Shown piece by piece: positions 1 to 11,026 of a DNA stretch of 64,000 nucleotides. Every line of letters begins with the position of its first letter. Position 1 is the first letter of the stretch. A model generated the notes under the pieces. The model ran no database searches, was not told where the DNA came from, and saw only the letters and a list, made by a program, of their open reading frames with translations. This DNA comes from Eledone cirrhosa (taxonomy: Eukaryota): contig OZ024740.1 in assembly GCA_964016885.1 (NCBI GenBank), positions 336,288,001-336,352,000 of the forward strand. The letters run 5' to 3'. Both the position numbers and the translations under genes were made by a program.

Positions 1-41
1 CCTACCTGTTGGGTCATTTCTATGTTTAGATATTATTTTAA

Positions 42-430
42 CTAGCAGAAAAACCTCCCTTCGGGTGGTTTTCTGCTAGCTTGTGTAGTGTGTATATTGA
101 TATTATACACAAGTATATATGCATGTAGATATGATACATCAAATAAAACCGTAATTGACAATATACACAGAAATTGAACGAAGACTGTGTTACACTGTCT
201 TCTGTAATCTGTAACGTAATCCATGATACATTAAAAAAGACGATATTATATATCTGCTAGGCTGTTTAGTTTGTATATTGATATTATACGCAAGTATATA
301 TGCATGTAGATATGATCAAATAAAATCGTAATTGACAACATACACAGAAATTGAACGAAGACTGAGTTACACTGTCTTATGTAATCAGTAACGTAATCCA
401 TGATACATTAAAAAAGACGATATTATATAC
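42..430. repeat. CTAG-bounded hairpin (42-79) followed by two tandem ~180 bp units (~73-252, ~254-430)
   Basis: ctagcagaaaaacc...ggttttctgctag with a ccc-TTCG-ggt loop. The unit tgtatattgatattatac...aaagacgatattatata occurs twice. Confidence 0.7.
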
Positions 431-614
431 AAACTACATTAGGAGAAAATTAGTGTCAGAAATATATAAATATTTATTTAAACAATCGCTAATGGGAAGT
501 GTTGACATTTGAAAATTTTAAAGAAGTGAATCTTTAAATAACTAATAAAATATATTTAATGAACAGCCACGAAATTTAGTAGATAAATTATGTAATATTC
601 ATTCATTATTTATA

Positions 615-808
615 GGGCGGTGGATTGGCAGAATCGGTAGCGGGTCGGAAGCCATGCTTTGACGCAAAGAGTTACGGCCCTTTATGGTCTGAGTTCAAAT
701 CCCGCCAAGGTTAATTTTTGCCTTTCATCCTTACGGGGTCAATAAAGCAAAGTACCAGTAATACATTGGGATAATTGCTGACCTGGTGCCAAAAGTAGAA
801 ACAATTAT
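615..808 (+). mobile_element. tRNA-derived SINE (family A; Meta/MESC-like central domain)
   Basis: A-box-like TGGCAGAATCGG, B-box GAGTTCAAATCC, central gcctttcatccttacggggtc...aagtaccag. Nine or more homologous copies in the window. Confidence 0.85.
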
Positions 809-849
809 TTATTCAAAGTAATCCAACTTATTTTACTAAGGGATAAAAA

Positions 850-2572
850 AATTATAAACCGTACGCAGTCTCGCGCTTCTTACTTTATTATAGTTAAGAT
901 TTCTATGTTGTCTATATTGCCGTCATGTCTTTGTCTGGCGTGTTCGTATAGTACTGAGCCGTTTTTTTTTTTTTGTCCTTTTAATTCCCCCCAGTTTTGG
1001 TCTATTCTTTCTCTTATGCTTCGAGCTGTCTCACCTATGTATGTCGTTGTCATGTTTCTGCAAGTATCCTCTGTTCATCTTATGCTATAGACTACATTCC
1101 TAGTTTTACAGTTTATCTGGGGGTTCACTTTACATATAACACATTTCTTATTAGTACAGTGGGTTTTCTTAAAGGGGTATGTTTTGCTGATAAGGGATTT
1201 TATGGTTGTTCCTGGCTTTTCTACCACTTTCTTACCACTTTCTTAGGGATGTTCTACATTGGTTAGCTAATTTCCCCCCAGGGGTAGCATCCACGAACAT
1301 GACACTCTGATATCTCTGGTTGTCGTATCATGAAGTGGCTTTCCCTATCTTATGTTTAGTCCTATCTAAGCTATTTCATGATTTGCTCCTGTATAATGGG
1401 CAAATTCCTTTCATGTCCAGTTCTATGAGAGTCTTACACTTCTCCGTGGCTCCTTTGTATACTCTGATTCTGTTTCTTTGGTTATAGCCAGAGAACTACA
1501 TGCGGTTGATGAAGTGTTGGATGTGTCTTTCCATTTCAGTTGGGTCGCACATGCGGGACACGTTCTTCATCACTCGTACCAAGTCTACGAACAGAATATT
1601 AAACTTAGCACTACTGGACATTGCTGAGTTTTTGAGTATCAGGTATTTGGAGGTCATGGGTTTAGCATAGTGTGAGTGGAGAATTTGGGCCCTCTCGTCT
1701 ATAGTGTTAATCCAGAGTTCCGTGTCTAATACAGGTAGTCTATTGTTAGGGTGTTTGGAAGGGTAGTCAACTGATACAGTTATACTCTGGTGTATGGAGT
1801 TAGCTATCTGCTAGATGCTTTCCATTGTGCTATATTCTAAATCATGTTCATTAGTACTCTCTTGTGGGGGTGTTCTTATTACTATATTAATATCGTCTAC
1901 GTAACGAGAGTACATGACGAGATCTATGGAGCTCTCTTCAAGGAGATCTTTGAGTCTCCTTTCCCACCATACCATAAATAGATTGGCAACATCACCAGCT
2001 ATGCTGACGCCAATGGCTGCTCCCTCATTCTGGGTGTAGATCTTTTCATTGAATTTAAACATATGGCTATGGCCCTTCAGGGTAGTTTTAATACTAGCCC
2101 CTATTGCATACGCGACCATTTTTCTCACCTGATCATTGTTTTTGGGTGTCCGTATGGCTTTGGTCCATCCATTCCACCTTCTCATGGGAGTCTTTTTAGA
2201 CATTGAGGTTATGGTGGTGGGGGGTCTATCTCTTATGAGTCTACTGGGGCAGAAACAGCTAAGGTCATGGTTATCTAGGCCCAGCTCATCTGTGTCGACG
2301 TCGCAGAACTCCACCTCGCTCTCACTGATTATTTGCACACATTTTTCCACATCAAAATCAATGTTAATGGATGGGTACAGTGATACTACATCCATACTGC
2401 CTATTATGCAGTTAGATAAGTTTTTGTTTTTGTTACACTCATTGATTCTGCTGAGGAGGTCCTCTGTACTGTCACATACATCTGGGGACATCTTCATTAT
2501 GGCGCGTATAACCATCGAGAGGAAGTAGGAGATCCTGTAGTTACTAGCAATATTGGCTGCGCATACAGTCAA
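850..2572 (-). mobile_element. Degenerate Penelope-like element (RT + C-terminal GIY-YIG)
   Basis: ORF 1811-2572 has SMDVVSLYPSI, QNEGAAIG and RYVDD. Manual minus-strand translation near 960-1125 gives NCKTRNVVYSIR*...YIGETARSIRER (GIY-YIG). Frameshifts and stops lie in between. Confidence 0.85.
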
Positions 2573-2761
2573 TAATGGTCAGTCAATGATAAACATTGAT
2601 TTCCAAATAAATTAACTATGGAGATATAAAAGATGCAGAAGCGAAAACCAGCCAAACAGTGAGTGTTTCTGTTATTATTTCTGGCAATATCATTACAATA
2701 TGACCCTCCCAAGTATAACAATATTTGTATTCGATTTCATATCAAAAATCTTGCAAAATAA

Positions 2762-2804
<43 letters not shown>

Positions 2805-2805
<1 letters not shown>

Positions 2806-3031
2806 CGTGGTAGGGTCGGAAAGTGCTCCACTACGGAGGTATGAGCTAGATAACGAAGGAAGTGTGGTAAGAAACCAGGTAGACCATAAAGCGCCAGAGT
2901 ACTCAATACTTTGGGTAGTAGAGTGGGTAATAGGAAAATGTTCAAGATCCCGACGGCAAAGCTCAAGCCGTTTCGACGGCTATTTCTGGACTCCAGAAAT
3001 AGACTTGAGCTCTGCCGTCGGGGTCTTGAAC

Positions 3032-3033
<2 letters not shown>
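2805..3033 (-). mobile_element. Short pLTR-like module with a hammerhead 3' half and a terminal fold-back
   Basis: Minus strand reads GAAACGGC-ttgagcttt-GCCGTC-gggatc. 2993-3033 is an inverted copy of ~2937-2990. Homologous to 5330-5464 and flanked by microsatellites. Confidence 0.6.
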
Positions 3034-3067
<34 letters not shown>

Positions 3068-5083
3068 TCCTACTGAAGAAATCGGTTGTATTATGACATG
3101 GAGAGAGGAATGGACTCTGCCAAGCTTAAAGCGTCCAAATATGTCACGACAGCACCCCTACAACTCTATCAGGAGTTGCGGATCCATACATACATACAGA
3201 GCACCAATAATTCAACAGTTTGAGAACGAATGGTCTAGTGTTCTGTTATTTAAGATGGTAGCTGTATTTATCTATAATGTATTCAAATGAGAAAATAGGG
3301 ATTAATCAAGGAAATTGAATACATTCTGTTGAAAAGAGTGTCTTTATAATGTTGATTCTTCTGTCTTCTCCGCTCCACTTTCATTTCATCTCTCTCTCTC
3401 TCTCTTCGTCATGTCACCATTCCTGCAATTTCTCTTCTCTAAATTTCTTTACTTAAAAAAAGTTTTATCATTTATCTCTATATTACGCTACGGACCAACT
3501 GCTGATCTTCATCTCTTCTACTTAATCCTTCTCATAACTTTCTTCACATCCTTTCTATCTTCAATTACACTTCTCTTCCACTCCATCCTTTCACTTCGCT
3601 TTTCATCACTCTTCTTCTTCTCTTTTAAATTTGTCATCGTTATTTCTATATTTTGACGTTTATTGTTGTTATTCTTCGTATCTTTTAATCGTTTTATTTC
3701 ATCTTTATTATTTTCTATTTATTTTATATCCAACCAATTTACATTCTAACTCTGATCACTTCCTGGGCTTCTTCCCTTTGCCTTATCTTAACCTCTTCTA
3801 CCTTCATACTGATGTCGTCATTTTAGACCTCCCTTCCTGGCATTTCCTTCTTTTTACATATTGATTTCCCCCCTCTGTACATATCAGGTTTGACCATTTT
3901 CTGACCCTTTAGTCAAATTCTCGTCTTATTTTACTTACTCTCCACTTCCTTCCTTCCAAGCCCTCAGTCCCCCCCCCCTCCCAATTATCCTCCTCTCCTC
4001 TTAATTCTTTTTGCCTAGGTCTTTCTACTGCTTCCAATGTATTTTATCCTACTCTATTACTTCGTTAAACAAATCATTTCCTCTCATTCTCCAACGAATA
4101 GTCCTGCCTAAAGCAGTACAATTCTTTCCTCCGCACGGTACGCTAACAATATTTGCATTTCTATATATAAACACCCTTTTGCCAATCCAGGCTATTACTA
4201 AACGCTGGGCATTCTGCTGCTATTCTTTTATTCTTTTATTGGTTTCTGTCGCCGCTGGACTGCAGCTATGCTGTGATACCACATTCAAAGGTTTTAATCA
4301 ATCAGGGTAATCCCGATACTTATTTCAGTTTGTAACTTTTATAATTTATCGAGTGGTGCAGTTCCCTTTTCAGCATAAAGAGACACACCAGTTTATACAA
4401 GCATTGTTGAACCCTACACACCCACATAGCTTTCCTCTGAGCTTCTCAGCCTATTTAGCGCTATGATAGCTACCTTTAAAGCAAAACACACGTGTTTTAT
4501 TTTTATTAAAATGTGTTATTTGGCTGGTGAATTTATTTGTTTTCTTAGTTTTGACACCAACAGCCTTGTCACATTTTGAGAACTACGCAAAGGGTACGCG
4601 TGCCTATGGAATGCTCATCCACTTGCACGTTAATTTCACGAGCATGCTGTTCCGTTGATCCGATCAAATGGAACACTCGTCGTCGTAAACGACAGAGTGC
4701 GACTAGATACCAACACAAATCAGTTCATTAGAATTCTCTTGCATAGGCTTATTTATGTTTATATAATGTAAGATAACATACTTATGAGGAAGATTTGTCT
4801 TAATTTACCGATTAGCCGTTTTAATTATGGTAATTAGTATTTTTCTTATCGTCCAAAACCGCGGCAAAAGCATATAATTGGATTTACTAATTATAATGTA
4901 AGTAAAATTGCGTTTGCTTTTAAATGCATTTTCGCTTACTATGATTTGCTAAATAGAAGTATTATCATACCTTAATGATATTGTGTAAATAATGCTCTGA
5001 AATTTTGGTTTCTAGCCCTTAATGTTCAATGAGCTTTCTCTGGTATAACCAGATCGATATAATTTAATTTTATCTATATTTTG

Positions 5084-5179
<96 letters not shown>

Positions 5180-5231
5180 ATACATACATATACATATCAT
5201 TATATATATAAATATATATATATACAGTTTA

Positions 5232-5269
5232 CGAGGTGAGGATCCGCTAAGGTGAAACAATTGTTCTCG
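5232..5269 (+). ncRNA. Degenerate minimal type I hammerhead motif
   Basis: cgag-GTGAGGA-tccgctaaggt-GAAAC-aatt-GTT-ctcg. Stem I is cgag/ctcg and stem III is palindromic, but C3 is replaced by G. Confidence 0.55.
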
Positions 5270-5329
5270 GTATAGTGAACTAACTGCTGTGTAACTACTT
5301 CTATATATACACTTCTATATGTACATATA

Positions 5330-5464
5330 TAACAAAGGAATTGTGGTAAGGAGCCAGATGGACCATAACGCACCAGAGTACTCAATACTTAGGGTAGTAG
5401 AGTGGGAAATAGGAAAAAGTATGACCCCGACGGCAGAGCTCAAGCCGTTTCGACGGCTATTTCT
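5330..5464 (-). mobile_element. Second copy of the 2805-3033 module (hammerhead 3' half)
   Basis: Shares ccagagtactcaatact...cccgacggcagagctcaagccgtttcgacggctatttctg with 2850-2990. Confidence 0.65.
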
Positions 5465-5469
5465 GTACA

Positions 5470-5516
<47 letters not shown>

Positions 5517-5529
5517 GGGGGGGGGGGGA

Positions 5530-5660
5530 TACGAGATTCTGTTCAGTTCTGTCTTCTAAATTCCACTCAAAAGACATTAGTTAAGCCACCCCTAAACTCT
5601 GCGCAATGATATCAAACCCGAAACCGTGTGGTTGTATAGAGATAATTTCATGACCATACG
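5530..5660 (-). mobile_element. tRNA-derived SINE fragment (family B)
   Basis: Reverse complement of the 22600-22740 sequence (caaccacacggtt...gtgagtggaatttag). Confidence 0.55.
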
Positions 5661-5703
5661 AATATTTCTACACCCATTAATTCCCTAATAATTATACTGT
5701 ACA

Positions 5704-5776
<73 letters not shown>

Positions 5777-5825
5777 AAGAGTGAAGAATAACATGGTTAA
5801 CAGTACAAACGGGTAAAAAGCAGTG

Positions 5826-6065
5826 TGGGAAAATTATTCAAGCACCGGCCAGAGTTACTCCCCTTGCTCTGTGGCAAAAACAACCACGTGCTTGAACGAA
5901 GAATGAACTCTGATGTAAATTTAACCTTAAAACCCCTCCTGGGTCACGTACTAAACATTTTTTTGTTTTCTATGGCCTTGAGAAGCCCTTTTTGGACGAA
6001 ACGTACGTAGGTGCATTTTTATATAAACATGTTTTAACGCTATATTCTCCTTTGTATTCATTCCA
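5826..6065 (+). mobile_element. Solo pLTR related to the 3' UTR of the 30660-32693 PLE
   Basis: Shares caccggccagagttac, tttaacc and the hammerhead motif with 32460-32690. Lies between (TA)n tracts. Confidence 0.7.
5974..6015 (+). ncRNA. Minimal type I hammerhead motif (UUGAGAA core)
   Basis: cc-TTGAGAA-gccc-ttttt-ggac-GAAAC-gtac-GTA-gg, with U3-A8 covariation and a palindromic stem III. Confidence 0.65.
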
Positions 6066-6084
6066 CTTATATATATATATATAT

Positions 6085-7016
6085 AAATATACATTTAACG
6101 AGAATCGCATTTCGGCAAGTAGAAATTAGCGAAACGCAACTTCCGAATTGTGTTGGCGAACGCTCAATAGATATGAATATACCAGAGCTATAAACATAAG
6201 TTTTAAAGGCCATACAAAACTAAGACGATGGTTAAGAAGCCATTAGCCACCTAAGCCAAAAAAGCGAACAAGCTAAGCGGGTGAAACAAAGTAAGATATG
6301 ATTGAAATATTTACCCGGACCCTCGGAAATGATGGCATGATCCGATATAGGGTTTCTGTGACACCTAAATACTGTCTGCTTATAAAAAATAATGAGCTTT
6401 TGGTATAATGATCGAACAAGGATATCACTTTCTCAACAGGCATTTTGTTCTGCGTGCGCCAGGATCCCACAGCGTTCGAAAGTACATGTGAAGTCCAAAG
6501 GGGAGAAAACCCATAGTTTTAGCAAATGAATTCAGTATGTGTACTCATTGCAACAATTTGCAAAAAAGGCACAAAACGAATTAAGCTCTCAACCGAGTAG
6601 TTTTTAAAATAAACTTAAGCGATTAAACAGTCAATAGAATTAACTAAAAAAATCAAAAAAATTAACTGGTTAATTGCTAGACTTGGGAGATTAATACAAA
6701 TATACATTTAGCGAGAATCGCATTTCGGCGAGTAGAAATTAGCGAAACGCAACTTCCGAATTGTGTTGGCGAGAGGTCAGTGGATTTGAATATACCAGAG
6801 CTATAAACATAAGTTAAAAAGGCCATACACAACTGAGACGATGGTTAAGAAGCCATTAACCACCTAAGCCAAAAAAGCGAGCAAGCTAAGCGGGTGAAAC
6901 AAAATAAGATATGATTGAAATATTTACCCGGCCCTCGGGGATGATGGTATAATCAGATATAGGGTTTCTGCGACACCTAAATCAATAATACTGTCTGTTT
7001 ATAAAAAATAATGAGC
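6085..7016 (-). mobile_element. Non-coding partial-tandem (pLTR/retrozyme-like) element with ~613 bp period
   Basis: Direct repeats 6085-6397 and 6698-7016, (TA)n on both sides, and an internal hammerhead motif. Confidence 0.75.
6312..6442 (-). ncRNA. Type I hammerhead with extended stems II and III
   Basis: tgcctg-TTGAGAA-a-gtgatatc...ggtgtcac-a-GAAACCCT...AGGGTC-cgggta. All three stems pair. Confidence 0.75.
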
Positions 7017-8556
7017 ATATATATCGGGGATTGAGGGATTTTCTTTCTTGAAATTTGTTTGATTTTTATGTTATATCTACCGATGCCTTTCTCTAAATGT
7101 GACATATTGCTAATGATATATGGTAAACAAAGCTAATAACAGGTAAACAAAGTAGACTTCTGAGAAGGCCACAGACCGATACTTCTGTATATATTGTATG
7201 TTACGAATTTTAGGATAAATATTATGGGTGGCTATGGTAGGTGTGTAGAATAGGAGATAGCTGATCCAATTACCCTTTTTTCCTTGACTCAATATCACTT
7301 CACTTATGTTGATTCTGTACTTAGGATGCAGACGTGCTTGTGTGATTAAAATTTCTGCTTTGTAGTCACGTTATTTCAAGTTCAATCCCACTGCGCGACG
7401 TATTACGTAAGTGCGTTCTACTACGTGAGTAATAGTTAATGCAACGTTCTGTGACTGATTGCTATTGTGGCAAACTAGAATAGCTTCTTAAACATACGCC
7501 GGTGTTGCGTGAGTGTAATCATTTCGAGGATGTGCAAACGCCCATAAAACTTATCAGATAATTTCAACTACTTGAACGCTATCAAATTCAGTTCTCAAAA
7601 TCGCACTGAATCGTCTGTATCATATTTAGAAAAGTTTGATGGATATGGACAGAAATTGTGCAGGAGGTTTCACATTTTGAGTGGTTAGCTACCGACAACA
7701 GCATGTAGAATGAAATTAGATAAGGTTTATACACATCGATCTAAATACTTGAAGCTGAACGTTTCGTTTCCGTCAGAGTAATCTCGAGTAGTTAATTAGT
7801 TAATTGGAAATTGACAGGTTATATAATGAATAATAAATGTTGAGTTGGGTTAAAAAGAAAGATTACATTGAAATCGATTAGGTTTAGTAATTAAATACTG
7901 ATAGAAAATCATAACTTAGAGAGGAAGTTAGTCGATAGGCGAGAAGGGGCTTGTAGGAAAGACATTGCAGCCAATGTTATAATGGGTAGAATAGCCATTG
8001 ACCATTTCTGAAATACTAAACACGAAGACTGTGTTGTTCATGATAAGAAGCCGACTCTAAGACAATACAATATGAAAGCGATTCAATTAGTCTGAATGAT
8101 AGAGGGGTGACGTGTCACTGCGTGCACCATGTGTACGCAGTGTCCAGTTTCAAGCAGAAGTGTGTGATCTGTTTCAGCAGCATTTGCTGATTGTTTGGTG
8201 TGAAAGGGAATTGGAAACAGTTTTCTTTAAATAAATATGTATATAGTATCATATCGACACATTGCTAAACATGTACTTAGTTTTGCTGTGAAATTAAGCT
8301 CACTTAGCTGTGAAAGTAAGCTCCGTAGTTAAACCAACCGACCTTTTTCAGCTTCAGTTTAAGATATATCGGATTACTTTCATTAAATGTTTCGTCTTCC
8401 AAGCTATCAAAAGAAATAGCTTCGAACTACCACTTTGAAATGCAAACAAGATTATGTCAGCCATAACTAAATTCACGTACTGGTACAAGAATGACTAGGC
8501 GATAAGGATTATATTACAAATACAGCATGTATTTTGAATAAATATATATATATACA

Positions 8557-8633
8557 CAGGGTGTCCCCCAAAATATATACAAATATTTATTTGAATGCTG
8601 TTGAAGTGTGTATACATTTTGGAGGGCACTCTG
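8557..8633. mobile_element. Tc1/mariner-like MITE
   Basis: TIRs CAGGGTGTCCCCCAAAAT / ATTTTGGAGGGCACTCTG in TA context. Confidence 0.7.
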
Positions 8634-8864
8634 TATATATGAAGACATATTCATGTTTTTGATAAATATATTGACGATCTGTTGCGACTCTCAGTAGAAG
8701 AGACGAGGTTGTGCATAACATTAGAGAACAATGAAGATATATTACAATATCTCCCACCTATTAGGTAATCACTTGATAAGAATCTATATTTTGCTTCTCA
8801 TAACATGTGATCGTGAATTACGCTTTGAACAACATTAATTATGGAACAAAATTAAATACATAAT

Positions 8865-9038
8865 GGTTTCTACTTTTGGCACAAGGCCAGCGATTATCAC
8901 AGTGCATTATTGGTACTTTGTTTATCGACCCCGTAAGGATTAAAGGCAAAGTTAACCTCGGCAGGACCGTAAAAGAACTTAATTCTATGCTGTAAAGCAT
9001 GGCGTCCGACCCTCTACCGATACTGCCAATCCACCGCC
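8865..9038 (-). mobile_element. tRNA-derived SINE family A with 13-bp TSD
   Basis: Reverse complement of 615-808. ttaaatacataat occurs at 8852-8864 and 9046-9058. Confidence 0.85.
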
Positions 9039-9403
9039 ATTTTTTTTAAATACATAATTAAAATATTTAATATAATGTAACAATTTCGAGTAACCTCAAT
9101 TCCAGCAACTTTAACTATAGAACTAAATTGAAGACATAATCAACATTTTTTAAATACAAAATCAATGTTATGAAGATCTATAACTTTGTGCATCTTCTTC
9201 TTATTATTATTATTATTATTATTGAATGCCATAGTTGACGGAGGCTCGGCTCTGTAAGGTATTGTAAATTTTGACCGCTATAACAATTGTAAATTGTTTA
9301 AAATTTTAACCAAATTGTAGACAAAAACACCCTCCTCCTCGTGAGAGGGGTCTTTATGCCCGTTATTTGGCCCTTCGGGGTTAAATAACCGCTTATTGGG
9401 GTT

Positions 9404-9834
9404 TTGTGCCCAATATTTATTTTAAACCAAAAAAAAAAAAACATGTCTACGAAAAAGAATTTTCACAAGTCACTCCCACTCATTCCGTCTTCTTCTTCCT
9501 CAATCGTCACTACAGCAGAGAGAAGATTGTCTCTCTCCCTCCCTTCTCTAAATGTGTCTCTCTCCCTCCCTTCTCTTTCGCAAGCGATGCCAGTAAAGAA
9601 AAATAGTTTACAAAATCACGTGCAAAACATAGAACATTTCTCCACGACGACGACAACGACGAAAAAGGTGTGCGGTAAATACGAAAACCCATTTCATTCG
9701 TCTGACGTCATGAATAATAGCAGTAGCAGCCGTAATAACAGCAGCAGCAGCAACAGTGACAAGGAAAACAACAGTAGCAGCCGCAACAGCAGCAGCAGCA
9801 GCATAAACAACAACAGCATTAGCAGCAGCAGCAA

Positions 9835-9866
<32 letters not shown>

Positions 9867-10898
9867 ACAACAACCACAGCAACAGCGGCGGCGGCAGTAG
9901 TCGTAGTACCTGCAGCAACAACAAAAGTAACAGCAGCTCTGACGACAACAACAACAACAAAAACAACAGCAAAGAAAAACCAATCTCGTTTGAAGGTATC
10001 GCAAAGAACCTGGAAACCATCCTCATAACAAATGAGGAATTAGAGGAAGCGAAGAAGATGGTGACGAAAACCGGACACCGAGCAATCTGCAAGGCAGCCG
10101 AAAAATTTTTAGAAACCCAACAGCACTGTACGGTCACGTACCGTACAGTAAGCACAAAATCCCGTAGGGTTGAAAGAGCCACAGCGGCTCAAATACAAAA
10201 AGCCTTAGGGTCTGTGTGGCAGCGGAAAACGCATATCACCCGAGGCAAGAAATATGCCACCGTAGACGTGCTTTTTTCCACACCCCAGGAGGCAAAGGCT
10301 CAATCCTTAGTGACCATAAGGAGCGAGGAAATGGTGTTGGTGCCCTCCTACTGCGGGCAAAAAATTGTGAGGGTCAAACTGACCCCCGTCAGGACAAGCG
10401 GCAATCAGGAAAGATAGGTCCGTGGCACCCATACCCACGCCACGGAAATCAAGAACAGCAGCAGCAGTGGAAGTATTAACAACAACAACAATAATACCAA
10501 ATGCAGCTGCAACAGAGACTTCACTGCAAACATTACCAACAACAACAAGTGAAAGAGTGGAGCTGGTACCCCTCCCCGACCTCACAGAATCAGACATGGA
10601 GTGTGAGGTGGGAGAGGGATGGCAAAAGGTCGCAAGAAGGCACAAACGCAGAAGCAGTGCATCGCCGCCTTCGAAAAGGGAGGAAAGAAATGAAAAAAGG
10701 GTAAAGGCTACTGCAAAGAGACTCTCAGCAGCAACACCACCAACACCATCACCACCCACACTAGCACCACCATCACCACCGGCGACAACCCCACCGCCAA
10801 CAACAACAACACCTTCAACACCACCACCACAAGCACCAACATCGCAAACACAACAACAAAACACACACACCCAGCAACCAACAACGACAAGAAAATAG
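9404..10898 (+). pseudogene. Tx1-like ORF1, disrupted near 10390-10420, with a poly-Ser/Asn tract
   Basis: TVTYRTV...PSYCGQKIVRVKL aligns with ORF1 at 59932 (TVKFRTI...PSYMGKKTQRIWL). The zinc-knuckle region is missing. Confidence 0.7.
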
Positions 10899-11026
10899 CA
10901 GAACCACACCCCACGATTCAACGGTCCCTTCACCAGACGATCAAGTGAAAAGGGATGGAGAAACCATCCTTCCTCTACGAAAAGTACGGTAAGTGGTCTT
11001 TCCCATCTTTTCCACTCCATTTCAAC

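Noticed and set aside
7700-8460. Possible very old minus-strand PLE remnant (LLETGH, PIYLKL; CTGACGG...GAAACGTT)
   Set aside because: Too degenerate to support boundaries or a functional motif.
9608-11020. Minus-strand poly-Leu/Val/Cys ORFs
   Set aside because: Antisense shadows of the Tx1-like ORF1 triplet repeats.
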